DNA of 64,000 nucleotides, taken from the NCBI RefSeq assembly GCF_037042905.1, contig NC_087247.1:1798001-1862000 (forward strand). Direction: 5' to 3'. Within the stretch, counting starts at the first letter, position 1. Each line of letters starts with the position of its first letter. Below the pieces are notes generated by a model, which searched no databases, had not been told where the DNA came from, and saw nothing but the letters and a program-made list of their open reading frames with translations. The stretch is from Lytechinus pictus (taxonomy: Eukaryota). Of the stretch, positions 1 to 15,000 are shown piece after piece. The translations under genes and the position numbers were made by a program.

Positions 1-3000
1 GTACGTTAACGTTCTCAATATAAGGAAGAAATGTTCTCAATAAAAGGAGGTAAATATCCTGTACGTTAACGTTCTCAATATAAGGAAGTAAATGTTCTCA
101 ATATAAGGAAGAAACGTTCTCAATATAAGGAAGAAATGTCCTCATTATAAGGAGGGAACGGTCCTTTAATTTAAGAGAAGAGCATCCTCAATTTAAGGAA
201 GAAACTTTCTCAATATAAAGAAGTAGAGGTCCTTAAGATTATTACGACGAACCTTCCTTAATAAAACAGAAAACATTCTCAATCTAAGAGAAAACGTCCT
301 CATTATAAGGAGGTAAAAACTTCTTTAATAGAAGGATGAAACGTTCTCAATATAAGGAAGTAAATGTTCTCAATATAAGGAGGTAAAAGTCATTAATATA
401 AGATGAAAACTTCCTTAATAAAAGCATCCTCAATATAAGGAAATAAACGTTCTCAATATGAAAACATCCTTATTTTAAGAGAAAAAAATCCTCAATATAA
501 GGAAGGAATGTCCTCATTATAAGGAGGTAAAAACTTCTTTAATAGTAGAAGGATGAAACGTCCTCAATATAAGGAAGAAACGTTCTCATTATAAGGAACT
601 AAACGTTCTCAATATAAAAACATCCTTATTTTAAGAGAAAAAATCCTCAATATAAGGAAGAAACGTTCTCATTATAAGGAGGTAAAGGTCCTGTACATTA
701 ACGTTCTCAATATAAGGAAGAAATGTCCTCATTATAAGGAGGTAAAAACTTCTTTAATAGAAGGAAGAAACGTTCTCATTATTATAAGGAGGTAAAGGTC
801 CTGTACGTTAACGTTCTCAATATAAGGAAGTAAATGTTCTCAATATAAGGAAGAATTGTCCCTGTTATAAGGAAGTAAATGTTCTCAATATAAGGAAGAA
901 ATATCCTCGTTATAAAGAAGTAAATGTTCTCAATATAAGGAAGAAATGTCCTGTTATAACGAGGTAAATGTTCTCGTTATAAAGAAGTAAATGTTCTCGT
1001 TATAACGAGATAAATATCCTCGTTAGAACGAGGTAAATGTTCTCGTTATAAAGAAGTAAATGTTTTCGTTATAACGAGATAAATATCCTCGTTATAACGA
1101 GATAAATATCCTCGTTATAACGAGGTAAATGTTCTCGTTATAACGAGATAAATATCCTCGTTATAACGACATAAATATCCTCGTTATAACGAGGTAAATG
1201 TTCTCGTTATAAAGAAGTAAATGTTCTCGTTATAACGAAATAAATATCCTCGTTATAACGAGGTAAATGCTCTCGTTATAACGAGGTAAATGTCTCGTTA
1301 TAAAGAAGTAAATGTTCTCGTTATAACGAAGTAAATATCCTCGTTATAACGAGGTAAATGTTCTCATTATAAGGAGGTAAATGTCCTTAATATAACAAAG
1401 TAAATATCCTCGTTATAACGAGAATATTAACTTCCTTGTAACGAGAGGTAAAAACTTCTTTAATAGAAGGATGAAACGTTCTCAATATAAGGAGGTAAAG
1501 GTCCTGTACGTTAAAGTTCTCAATATAAGATAGTAAATGTTCTCAATATAAGGAAGAAACGTTCTCAATATAAGGAAGAAATGTTCTCATTATAAGGAGG
1601 GAACGGTCCTTTAATTTAAGAGAAGAGCATCCTCAATTTAAGGAAGAAACTTCCTCAATATAAAGAAGTAGAGGTCCTTAATATTATTACGACGAACCTT
1701 CCTTAATAAAAGAGAAAACATTCTCAATCTAAGAGAAAACGTCCTCATTATAAGGAGGTAAAAACTTATTTAATAGTAGAAGGATGAAACGTCCTCAATA
1801 TAAGGAAGAAACGTTCTCATTATAAGGAAATAAACGTTCTCAATATAAAAACATCCTTATTTTAAGAGAAAAAATCCTCAATATAAGGAAGAAACGTTCT
1901 CATTATAAGGAGGTAAAGGTCCTGTACATTAACTTTCTCAATATAAGGCAGTAAATGTTCTCAATATAACGAAGTAAGTATTCTCAATATAAGGAAGAAA
2001 TGTCCTCATTATAAGGAGGTAAAAACTTCTTTAATAGAAGGAAGAAACGTTCTCATTATAAGGAGGTAAAGGTCCTGTACGTTAACGTTCTCAATATAAG
2101 GAAGTAAATGTTCGTAATATAAGGAAGAATTGTCCCTGTTATAAGGAAGTAAATGTTCTCAATATAAGGAAGAAATATCCTCGTTATAAGGAGGTAAATG
2201 TTCTCAATATAACGAAGTAAATGTTCTCAATATAAGGAAGAAATGTCCTGTTATAAAGAAGTAAATGTTCTCAATATAAGGAAGAAATGTCCTGTTATAA
2301 CGAGGTAAATGTTCTCGTTATAAAGAAGTAAATGTTCTCGTTATAACGAAGTAAATATCCTCGTTATAACGAGGTAAATGTTCTCGTTATAACGAAGTAA
2401 ATATCCTCGTTATAAAGAGGTAAATGCTCTCGTTATAACGAGGTAAATGTTCTCGTTATAAATAAGTAAATGTTCTCGTTATAACGAAGTAAATATCCTC
2501 GTTATAACGAGGTAAATGTTCTCGTTATAACGAAGTAAATATCCTCGTTATAACGAGGTAAATGTTCTCGTTACAAGGAAGTTAATATGAAATGAAACGT
2601 TCTCAATATAAGGAAGTAAATGTTCTCAATATGAGGAGGTAAAAGTCATTAATATAAGATGAAGACTTCCTTAATAAAAGCATCCTCAATATAAGGAAAT
2701 AAACGTTCTCAATATGAAAACATCCTTATTTTAAGAGAAAAAATCCTCAATATAAGGAGGGAATGTCCTCATTATAAGGAGGTAAAAACTTCTTTAATAG
2801 TAGAAGGATGAAACGTCCTCAATATAAGGAAGAAACGTTCTCATTATAAGGAAATAAACGTTCTCAATATAAAAACATTCTTATTTTAAGAGAAAAAATC
2901 CTCAATATAAGGAAGAAACGTTCTCATTATAAGGAGGTAAAGGTCCTGTACGTTAACGTTCTCAATTTAAGGAAGTAAATGTTTTCAATATAAGGAAGTA

Positions 3001-6000
3001 AGTATTCTCAATATAAGGAAGAAATGTCCTCATTATAAGGAGGTAAAAACTTCTTTAATAGAAGGAAGAAACGTTCTCATTATTATAAGGAGGTAAAGGT
3101 CCTGTACGTTAACGTTCTCAATATAAGGAAGTAAATGTTCTCAATATAAGGAAGAATTGTCCCTGTTATAAGGAAGTAAATGTTCTCAATATAAGGAAGA
3201 AATATCCTCGTTATAAGGAGGTAAATGTTCTCAATATAACGAAGTAAATGTTCTCAATATAAGGAAGAAATGTCCTGTTATAAAGAAGTAAATGATCTCA
3301 ATATAAGGAAGAAACGTTCTTTAATATTGTAGGAAAGAAACATCCTCAATATAAGGAAGTAACGTTCTCAATATAAGGAAGTAACGTTCTCAATATAAGG
3401 AAGAAACGTTCTCAATATAAGGAGGTAAAGGTCCTTAATATAACGAAGTAAATGTTCTCAATATAAGGAAGAAATTTCCTGTTATAAAGAAGTAAATGTT
3501 CTCAATATAAGGAGGTAAATGTCCTGTACGTTAACGTTCTCAATATAAGGAAGTAAATGTTCTCAATATAAGGATGAAACGTTCTCAATATAAGGAGGTA
3601 AAGGTCCTTAATATAACGAAGTAAATGTTCTCAATATAAGGAAGAAATTTCCTGTTATAAAGAAGTAAATGTTCTCAATATAAGGAAGAAATGTCCTCGT
3701 TATAAGGAGATAAAAACTTCTTTAATAGTAGAAGGATGAAACGTCCTCAATATAAGGAAGAAACGTTCTTTAATATTGTAGGGAAGAAACATCCTCAATA
3801 TAAGGAAGTAACGCTCTCAATATAAGGAAGTAACGTTCTCAATATAAGGAGGTAAAGGTCCTTAATATAAGATAAAAACAGGTAAAGGTCCTGTACGTTA
3901 ACGTTCTCAATATAAGGAAGAAATGTTCTCAATATAAGGAGGTAAATGTCCTGTACGTTAACGTTCTCAATATAAGGAAGTAAATGTTCTCAATATAAGG
4001 AAGAAACGTTCTCAATATAAGGAAGAAATGTCCTCATTATAAGGAGGGAACGGTCCTTTAATTTAAGAGAAGAGCATCCTCAATTTAAGGAAGAAACTTC
4101 CTCAATATAAAGAAGTAGAGGTCCTTAATATTATTACGACGAACCTTCCTTAATAAAAGAGAAAACATTCTCAATCTAAGAGAAAACGTCCTCATTATAA
4201 GGAAGAAACGTTCTTTAATATTGTAGGGAAGAAACATCCTCAATATAAGGAAGTAACGCTCTCAATATAAGGAAGTAACGTTCTCAATATAAGGAGGTAA
4301 AGGTCCTTAATATAAGATAAAAACAGGTAAAGGTCCTGTACGTTAACGTTCTCAATATAAGGAAGAAATGTTCTCAATAAAAGGAGGTAAATATCCTGTA
4401 CGTTAACGTTCTCAATATAAGGAAGTAAATGTTCTCAATATAAGGAAGAAACGTTCTCAATATAAGGAAGAAATGTCCTCATTATAAGGAGGGAACGGTC
4501 CTTTAATTTAAGAGAAGAGCATCCTCAATTTAAGGAAGAAACTTTCTCAATATAAAGAAGTAGAGGTCCTTAATATTATTACGACGAACCTTCCTTAATA
4601 AAACAGAAAACATTCTCAATCTAAGAGAAAACGTCCTCATTATAAGGAGGTAAAAACTTCTTTAATAGAAGGATGAAACGTTCTCAATATAAGGAAGTAA
4701 ATGTTCTCAATATAAGGAGGTAAAAGTCATTAATATAAGATGAAAACTTCCTTAATAAAAGCATCCTCAATATAAGGAAATAAACGTTCTCAATATGAAA
4801 ACATCCTTATTTTAAGAGAAAAAAATCCTCAATATAAGGAAGGAATGTCCTCATTATAAGGAGGTAAAAACTTCTTTAATAGTAGAAGGATGAAACGTCC
4901 TCAATATAAGGAAGAAACGTTCTCATTATAAGGAACTAAACGTTCTCAATATAAAAACATCCTTATTTTAAGAGAAAAAATCCTCAATATAAGGAAGAAA
5001 CGTTCTCATTATAAGGAGGTAAAGGTCCTGTACATTAACGTTCTCAATATAAGGAAGAAATGTCCTCATTATAAGGAGGTAAAAACTTCTTTAATAGAAG
5101 GAAGAAACGTTCTCATTATTATAAGGAGGTAAAGGTCCTGTACGTTAACGTTCTCAATATAAGGAAGTAAATGTTCTCAATATAAGGAAGAATTGTCCCT
5201 GTTATAAGGAAGTAAATGTTCTCAATATAAGGAAGAAATATCCTCGTTATAAAGAAGTAAATGTTCTCAATATAAGGAAGAAATGTCCTGTTATAACGAG
5301 GTAAATGTTCTCATTATAAAGAAGTAAATGTTCTCGTTATAACGAGATAAATATCCTCGTTAGAACGAGGTAAATGTTCTCGTTATAAAGAAGTAAATGT
5401 TTTCGTTATAACGAGATAAATATCCTCGTTATAACGAGATAAATATCCTCGTTATAACGAGGTAAATGTTCTCGTTATAACGAGATAAATATCCTCGTTA
5501 TAACGACATAAATATCCTCGTTATAACGAGGTAAATGTTCTCGTTATAAAGAAGTAAATGTTCTCGTTATAACGAAATAAATATCCTCGTTATTACGAGG
5601 TAAATGCTCTCGTTATAACGAGGTAAATGTCTCGTTATAAAGAAGTAAATGTTCTCGTTATAACGAAGTAAATATCCTCGTTATAACGAGGTAAATGTTC
5701 TCATTATAAGGAGGTAAATGTCCTTAATATAACAAAGTAAATATCCTCGTTATAACGAGAATATTAACTTCCTTGTAACGAGAGGTAAAAACTTCTTTAA
5801 TAGAAGGATGAAACGTTCTCAATATAAGGAGGTAAAGGTCCTGTACGTTAAAGTTCTCAATATAAGATAGTAAATGTTCTCAATATAAGGAAGAAACGTT
5901 CTCAATATAAGGAAGAAATGTTCTCATTATAAGGAGGGAACGGTCCTTTAATTTAAGAGAAGAGCATCCTCAATTTAAGGAAGAAACTTCCTCAATATAA

Positions 6001-9000
6001 AGAAGTAGAGGTCCTTAATATTATTACGACGAACCTTCCTTAATAAAAGAGAAAACATTCTCAATCTAAGAGAAAACGTCCTCATTATAAGGAGGTAAAA
6101 ACTTATTTAATAGTAGAAGGATGAAACGTCCTCAATATAAGGAAGAAACGTTCTCATTATAAGGAAATAAACGTTCTCAATATAAAAACATCCTTATTTT
6201 AAGAGAAAAAATCCTCAATATAAGGAAGAAACGTTCTCATTATAAGGAGGTAAAGGTCCTGTACATTAACTTTCTCAATATAAGGCAGTAAATGTTCTCA
6301 ATATAACGAAGTAAGTATTCTCAATATAAGGAAGAAATGTCCTCATTATAAGGAGGTAAAAACTTCTTTAATAGAAGGAAGAAACGTTCTCATTATAAGG
6401 AGGTAAAGGTCCTGTACGTTAACGTTCTCAATATAAGGAAGTAAATGTTCGTAATATAAGGAAGAATTGTCCCTGTTATAAGGACGTAAATGTTCTCAAT
6501 ATAAGGAAGAAATATCCTCGTTATAAGGAGGTAAATGTTCTCAATATAACGAAGTAAATGTTCTCAATATAAGGAAGAAATGTCCTGTTATAAAGAAGTA
6601 AATGTTCTCAATATAAGGAAGAAATGTCCTGTTATAACGAGGTAAATGTTCTCGTTATAAAGAAGTAAATGTTCTCGTTATAACGAAGTAAATATCCTCG
6701 TTATAACGAGGTAAATGTTCTCGTTATAACGAAGTAAATATCCTCGTTATAAAGAGGTAAATGCTCTCGTTATAACGAGGTAAATGTTCTCGTTATAAAT
6801 AAGTAAATGTTCTCGTTATAACGAAGTAAATATCCTCGTTATAACGAGGTAAATGTTCTCGTTATAACGAAGTAAATATCCTCGTTATAACGAGGTAAAT
6901 GTTCTCGTTACAAGGAAGTTAATATTCTCGTTATAACGAGGTAAACGTTCTCAAGGAGGTAAATGTCCTTAATATAACACAGTAAATATCCTCGTTATAA
7001 CGAGAATATTAACTTCCTTGTAACTAGAGGTAAAAACTTTTTTAATAGAAGGATGAAACGTTCTCAATATAACGAAGTAAATGTTCTCAATATAACAAAG
7101 AAAATGTCCTCGTTATAAGGAGGTAAATGTTCTCAATATAAGAAAGAAACGTTCTCAATATAACGAGGTAAATGTTCTCGTTACAAGGAAGTTAATATTC
7201 TCGTTATAACGAGGTAAACGTTCTCAAGGAGGTAAATGTCCTTTTTATAACAAAGTAAATATCTTCGTTATAACGAGAATATTAACTTCCTTGTAACGAG
7301 AGGTAAAAACTTCTTTAATAGAAGGATGAAACGTTCTCAATATAAGGAAGTAAACGTTCTCAATATGAAAACATCCTTATTTTAAGAGAAAAAATCCTCA
7401 ATATAAGGAAGGAACGTTCTCAATATAAGGAGGTAAAGGTCCTGTACGTTAACGTTCTCAATATAAGGAAGTAAATGTTCTCAATATAAGGAAGAATTGT
7501 CCCTGTTATAAGGAAGTAAATGTTCTCAATATAAGGAAGAAACGTCCTCGTTATAAGGAGATAAAAACTTATTTAATAGTAGAAGGATGAAACGTCCTCA
7601 ATATAAGGAAGAAACGTTCTTTAATATTGTAGGGAAGAAACATCCTCAATATAAGGAAGTAACGCTCTCAATATAAGGAAGTAACGTTCTCAATATAAGG
7701 AGGTAAAGGTCCTTAATATAAGATAAAAACAGGTAAAGGTCCTGTACGTTAACGTTCTCAATATAAAGAAGAAATGTTCTCAATATAAGGAGGTAAATGT
7801 CCTGTACGTTAACGTTCTCAATATAAGGAAGTAAATGTTCTCAATATAAGGAAGAAACGTTCTCAATATAAGGAAGAAATGTCCTCATTATAAGGAGGGA
7901 ACGGTCCTTTAATTTAAGAGAAGAGCATCCTCAATTTAAGGAAGAAACTTCCTCAATATAAAGAAGTAGAGGTCCTTAATATTATTACGACGAACCTTCC
8001 TTAATAAAAGAGAAAACATTCTCAATCTAAGAGAAAACGTCCTCATTATAAGGAAGAAACGTTCTTTAATATTGTAGGGAAGAAACATCCTCAATATAAG
8101 GAAGTAACGCTCTCAATATAAGGAAGTAACGTTCTCAATATAAGGAGGTAAAGGTCCTTAATATAAGATAAAAACAGGTAAAGGTCCTGTACGTTAACGT
8201 TCTCAATATAAGGAAGAAATGTTCTCAATAAAAGGAGGTAAATGTCCTGTACGTTAACGTTCTCAATATAAGGAAGTAAATGTTCTCAATATAAGGAAGA
8301 AACGTTCACAATATAAGGAAGAAATGTCCTCATTATAAGGAGGGAACGGTCCTTTAATTTAAGAGAAGAGCATCCTCAATTTAAGGAAGAAACTTTCTCA
8401 ATATAAAGAAGTAGAGGTCCTTAATATTATTACGACGAACCTTCCTTAATAAAACAGAAAACATTCTCAATCTAAGAGAAAACGTCCTCATTATAAGGAG
8501 GTAAAAACTTCTTTAATAGAAGGAAGAAACGTTCTCATTATAAGGAGGTAAAGGTCCTGTACGTTAACGTTCTCAATATAAGGAAGTAAATGTTCGTAAT
8601 ATAAGGAAGAATTGTCCCTGTTATAAGGAAGTAAATGTTCTCAATATAAGGAAGAAATATCCTCGTTATAAGGAGGTAAATGTTCTCAATATAACGAAGT
8701 AAATGTTCTCAATATAAGGAAGAAATGTCCTGTTATAAAGAAGTAAATGTTCTCAATATAAGGAAGAAATGTCCTGTTATAACGAGGTAAATGTTCTCGT
8801 TATAAAGAAGTAAATGTTCTCGTTATAACGAAGTAAATATCCTCGTTATAACGAGGTAAATGTTCTCGTTATAACGAAGTAAATATCCTCGTTATAAAGA
8901 GGTAAATGCTCTCGTTATAACGAGGTAAATGTTCTCGTTATAAATAAGTAAATGTTCTCGTTATAACGAAGTAAATATCCTCGTTATAACGAGGTAAATG

Positions 9001-12000
9001 TTCTCGTTATAACGAAGTAAATATCCTCGTTATAACGAGGTAAATGTTCTCGTTACAAGGAAGTTAATATGAAATGAAACGTTCTCAATATAAGGAAGTA
9101 AATGTTCTCAATATGAGGAGGTAAAAGTCATTAATATAAGATGAAGACTTCCTTAATAAAAGCATCCTCAATATAAGGAAATAAACGTTCTCAATATGAA
9201 AACATCCTTATTTTAAGAGAAAAAATCCTCAATATAAGGAGGGAATGTCCTCATTATAAGGAGGTAAAAACTTCTTTAATAGTAGAAGGATGAAACGTCC
9301 TCAATATAAGGAAGAAACGTTCTCATTATAAGGAAATAAACGTTCTCAATATAAAAACATTCTTATTTTAAGAGAAAAAATCCTCAATATAAGGAAGAAA
9401 CGTTCTCATTATAAGGAGGTAAAGGTCCTGTACGTTAACGTTCTCAATTTAAGGAAGTAAATGTTTTCAATATAAGGAAGTAAGTATTCTCAATATAAGG
9501 AAGAAATGTCCTCATTATAAGGAGGTAAAAACTTCTTTAATAGAAGGAAGAAACGTTCTCATTATTATAAGGAGGTAAAGGTCCTGTACGTTAACGTTCT
9601 CAATATAAGGAAGTAAATGTTCTCAATATAAGGAAGAATTGTCCCTGTTATAAGGAAGTAAATGTTCTCAATATAAGGAAGAAATATCCTCGTTATAAGG
9701 AGGTAAATGTTCTCAATATAACGAAGTAAATGTTCTCAATATAAGGAAGAAATGTCCTGTTATAAAGAAGTAAATGATCTCAATATAAGGAAGAAACGTT
9801 CTTTAATATTGTAGGAAAGAAACATCCTCAATATAAGGAAGTAACGTTCTCAATATAAGGAAGTAACGTTCTCAATATAAGGAAGAAACGTTCTCAATAT
9901 AAGGAGGTAAAGGTCCTTAATATAACGAAGTAAATGTTCTCAATATAAGGAAGAAATTTCCTGTTATAAAGAAGTAAATGTTCTCAATATAAGGAGGTAA
10001 ATGTCCTGTACGTTAACGTTCTCAATATAAGGAAGTAAATGTTCTCAATATAAGGATGAAACGTTCTCAATATAAGGAGGTAAAGGTCCTTAATATAACG
10101 AAGTAAATGTTCTCAATATAAGGAAGAAATTTCCTGTTATAAAGAAGTAAATGTTCTCAATATAAGGAAGAAATGTCCTCGTTATAAGGAGATAAAAACT
10201 TCTTTAATAGTAGAAGGATGAAACGTCCTCAATATAAGGAAGAAACGTTCTTTAATATTGTAGGGAAGAAACATCCTCAATATAAGGAAGTAACGCTCTC
10301 AATATAAGGAAGTAACGTTCTCAATATAAGGAGGTAAAGGTCCTTAATATAAGATAAAAACAGGTAAAGGTCCTGTACGTTAACGTTCTCAATATAAGGA
10401 AGAAATGTTCTCAATATAAGGAGGTAAATGTCCTGTACGTTAACGTTCTCAATATAAGGAAGTAAATGTTCTCAATATAAGGAAGAAACGTTCTCAATAT
10501 AAGGAAGAAATGTCCTCATTATAAGGAGGGAACGGTCCTTTAATTTAAGAGAAGAGCATCCTCAATTTAAGGAAGAAACTTCCTCAATATAAAGAAGTAG
10601 AGGTCCTTAATATTATTACGACGAACCTTCCTTAATAAAAGAGAAAACATTCTCAATCTAAGAGAAAACGTCCTCATTATAAGGAAGAAACGTTCTTTAA
10701 TATTGTAGGGAAGAAACATCCTCAATATAAGGAAGTAACGCTCTCAATATAAGGAAGTAACGTTCTCAATATAAGGAGGTAAAGGTCCTTAATATAAGAT
10801 AAAAACAGGTAAAGGTCCTGTACGTTAACGTTCTCAATATAAGGAAGAAATGTTCTCAATAAAAGGAGGTAAATATCCTGTACGTTAACGTTCTCAATAT
10901 AAGGAAGTAAATGTTCTCAATATAAGGAAGAAACGTTCTCAATATAAGGAAGAAATGTCCTCATTATAAGGAGGGAACGGTCCTTTAATTTAAGAGAAGA
11001 GCATCCTCAATTTAAGGAAGAAACTTTCTCAATATAAAGAAGTAGAGGTCCTTAATATTATTACGACGAACCTTCCTTAATAAAACAGAAAACATTCTCA
11101 ATCTAAGAGAAAACGTCCTCATTATAAGGAGGTAAAAACTTCTTTAATAGAAGGATGAAACGTTCTCAATATAAGGAAGTAAATGTTCTCAATATAAGGA
11201 GGTAAAAGTCATTAATATAAGATGAAAACTTCCTTAATAAAAGCATCCTCAATATAAGGAAATAAACGTTCTCAATATGAAAACATCCTTATTTTAAGAG
11301 AAAAAAATCCTCAATATAAGGAAGGAATGTCCTCATTATAAGGAGGTAAAAACTTCTTTAATAGTAGAAGGATGAAACGTCCTCAATATAAGGAAGAAAC
11401 GTTCTCATTATAAGGAACTAAACGTTCTCAATATAAAAACATCCTTATTTTAAGAGAAAAAATCCTCAATATAAGGAAGAAACGTTCTCATTATAAGGAG
11501 GTAAAGGTCCTGTACATTAACGTTCTCAATATAAGGAAGAAATGTCCTCATTATAAGGAGGTAAAAACTTCTTTAATAGAAGGAAGAAACGTTCTCATTA
11601 TTATAAGGAGGTAAAGGTCCTGTACGTTAACGTTCTCAATATAAGGAAGTAAATGTTCTCAATATAAGGAAGAATTGTCCCTGTTATAAGGAAGTAAATG
11701 TTCTCAATATAAGGAAGAAATATCCTCGTTATAAAGAAGTAAATGTTCTCAATATAAGGAAGAAATGTCCTGTTATAACGAGGTAAATGTTCTCGTTATA
11801 AAGAAGTAAATGTTCTCGTTATAACGAGATAAATATCCTCGTTAGAACGAGGTAAATGTTCTCGTTATAAAGAAGTAAATGTTTTCGTTATAACGAGATA
11901 AATATCCTCGTTATAACGAGATAAATATCCTCGTTATAACGAGGTAAATGTTCTCGTTATAACGAGATAAATATCCTCGTTATAACGACATAAATATCCT

Positions 12001-15000
12001 CGTTATAACGAGGTAAATGTTCTCGTTATAAAGAAGTAAATGTTCTCGTTATAACGAAATAAATATCCTCGTTATAACGAGGTAAATGCTCTCGTTATAA
12101 CGAGGTAAATGTCTCGTTATAAAGAAGTAAATGTTCTCGTTATAACGAAGTAAATATCCTCGTTATAACGAGGTAAATGTTCTCATTATAAGGAGGTAAA
12201 TGTCCTTAATATAACAAAGTAAATATCCTCGTTATAACGAGAATATTAACTTCCTTGTAACGAGAGGTAAAAACTTCTTTAATAGAAGGATGAAACGTTC
12301 TCAATATAAGGAGGTAAAGGTCCTGTACGTTAAAGTTCTCAATATAAGATAGTAAATGTTCTCAATATAAGGAAGAAACGTTCTCAATATAAGGAAGAAA
12401 TGTTCTCATTATAAGGAGGGAACGGTCCTTTAATTTAAGAGAAGAGCATCCTCAATTTAAGGAAGAAACTTCCTCAATATAAAGAAGTAGAGGTCCTTAA
12501 TATTATTACGACGAACCTTCCTTAATAAAAGAGAAAACATTCTCAATCTAAGAGAAAACGTCCTCATTATAAGGAGGTAAAAACTTATTTAATAGTAGAA
12601 GGATGAAACGTCCTCAATATAAGGAAGAAACGTTCTCATTATAAGGAAATAAACGTTCTCAATATAAAAACATCCTTATTTTAAGAGAAAAAATCCTCAA
12701 TATAAGGAAGAAACGTTCTCATTATAAGGAGGTAAAGGTCCTGTACATTAACTTTCTCAATATAAGGCAGTAAATGTTCTCAATATAACGAAGTAAGTAT
12801 TCTCAATATAAGGAAGAAATGTCCTCATTATAAGGAGGTAAAAACTTCTTTAATAGAAGGAAGAAACGTTCTCATTATAAGGAGGTAAAGGTCCTGTACG
12901 TTAACGTTCTCAATATAAGGAAGTAAATGTTCGTAATATAAGGAAGAATTGTCCCTGTTATAAGGAAGTAAATGTTCTCAATATAAGGAAGAAATATCCT
13001 CGTTATAAGGAGGTAAATGTTCTCAATATAACGAAGTAAATGTTCTCAATATAAGGAAGAAATGTCCTGTTATAAAGAAGTAAATGTTCTCAATATAAGG
13101 AAGAAATGTCCTGTTATAACGAGGTAAATGTTCTCGTTATAAAGAAGTAAATGTTCTCGTTATAACGAAGTAAATATCCTCGTTATAACGAGGTAAATGT
13201 TCTCGTTATAACGAAGTAAATATCCTCGTTATAAAGAGGTAAATGCTCTCGTTATAACGAGGTAAATGTTCTCGTTATGAATAAGTAAATGTTCTCGTTA
13301 TAACGAAGTAAATATCCTCGTTATAACGAGGTAAATGTTCTCGTTATAACGAAGTAAATATCCTCGTTATAACGAGGTAAATGTTCTCGTTACAAGGAAG
13401 TTAATATTCTCGTTATAACGAGGTAAACGTTCTCAAGGAGGTAAATGTCCTTAATATAACACAGTAAATATCCTCGTTATAACGAGAATATTAACTTCCT
13501 TGTAACGAGAGGTAAAAACTTTTTTAATAGAAGGATGAAACGTTCTCAATATAACGAAGTAAATGTTCTCAATATAACAAAGAAAATGTCCTCGTTATAA
13601 GGAGGTAAATGTTCTCAATATAAGAAAGAAACGTTCTCAATATAACGAGGTAAATGTTCTCGTTACAAGGAAGTTAATATTCTCGTTATAACGAGGTAAA
13701 CGTTCTCAAGGAGGTAAATGTCCTTTTTATAACAAAGTAAATATCTTCGTTATAACGAGAATATTAACTTCCTTGTAACGAGAGGTAAAAACTTCTTTAA
13801 TAGAAGGATGAAACGTTCTCAATATAAGGAAGTAAACGTTCTCAATATGAAAACATCCTTATTTTAAGAGAAAAAATCCTCAATATAAGGAAGGAACGTT
13901 CTCAATATAAGGAGGTAAAGGTCCTGTACGTTAACGTTCTCAATATAAGGAAGTAAATGTTCTCAATATAAGGAAGAATTGTCCCTGTTATAAGGAAGTA
14001 AATGTTCTCAATATAAGATAGAAACGTCCTCGTTATAAGGAGATAAAAACTTATTTAATAGTAGAAGGATGAAACGTCCTCAATATAAGGAAGAAACGTT
14101 CTTTAATATTGTAGGGAAGAAACATCCTCAATATAAGGAAGTAACGCTCTCAATATAAGGAAGTAACGTTCTCAATATAAGGAGGTAAAGGTCCTTAATA
14201 TAAGATAAAAACAGGTAAAGGTCCTGTACGTTAACGTTCTCAATATAAAGAAGAAATGTTCTCAATATAAGGAGGTAAATGTCCTGTACGTTAACGTTCT
14301 CAATATAAGGAAGTAAATGTTCTCAATATAAGGAAGAAACGTTCTCAATATAAGGAAGAAATGTCCTCATTATAAGGAGGGAACGGTCCTTTAATTTAAG
14401 AGAAGAGCATCCTCAATTTAAGGAAGAAACTTCCTCAATATAAAGAAGTAGAGGTCCTTAATATTATTACGACGAACCTTCCTTAATAAAAGAGAAAACA
14501 TTCTCAATCTAAGAGAAAACGTCCTCATTATAAGGAAGAAACGTTCTTTAATATTGTAGGGAAGAAACATCCTCAATATAAGGAAGTAACGCTCTCAATA
14601 TAAGGAAGTAACGTTCTCAATATAAGGAGGTAAAGGTCCTTAATATAAGATAAAAACAGGTAAAGGTCCTGTACGTTAACGTTCTCAATATAAGGAAGAA
14701 ATGTTCTCAATAAAAGGAGGTAAATGTCCTGTACGTTAACGTTCTCAATATAAGGAAGTAAATGTTCTCAATATAAGGAAGAAACGTTCACAATATAAGG
14801 AAGAAATGTCCTCATTATAAGGAGGGAACGGTCCTTTAATTTAAGAGAAGAGCATCCTCAATTTAAGGAAGAAACTTTCTCAATATAAAGAAGTAGAGGT
14901 CCTTAATATTATTACGACGAACCTTCCTTAATAAAACAGAAAACATTCTCAATCTAAGAGAAAACGTCCTCATTATAAGGAGGTAAAAACTTCTTTAATA

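Noticed and set aside
1087-1102. CENP-B box similarity of CTCGTTATAACGAG
   Set aside because: The two CpGs are 6 nt apart rather than 7, and the TTCG....A..CGGG core is not matched.
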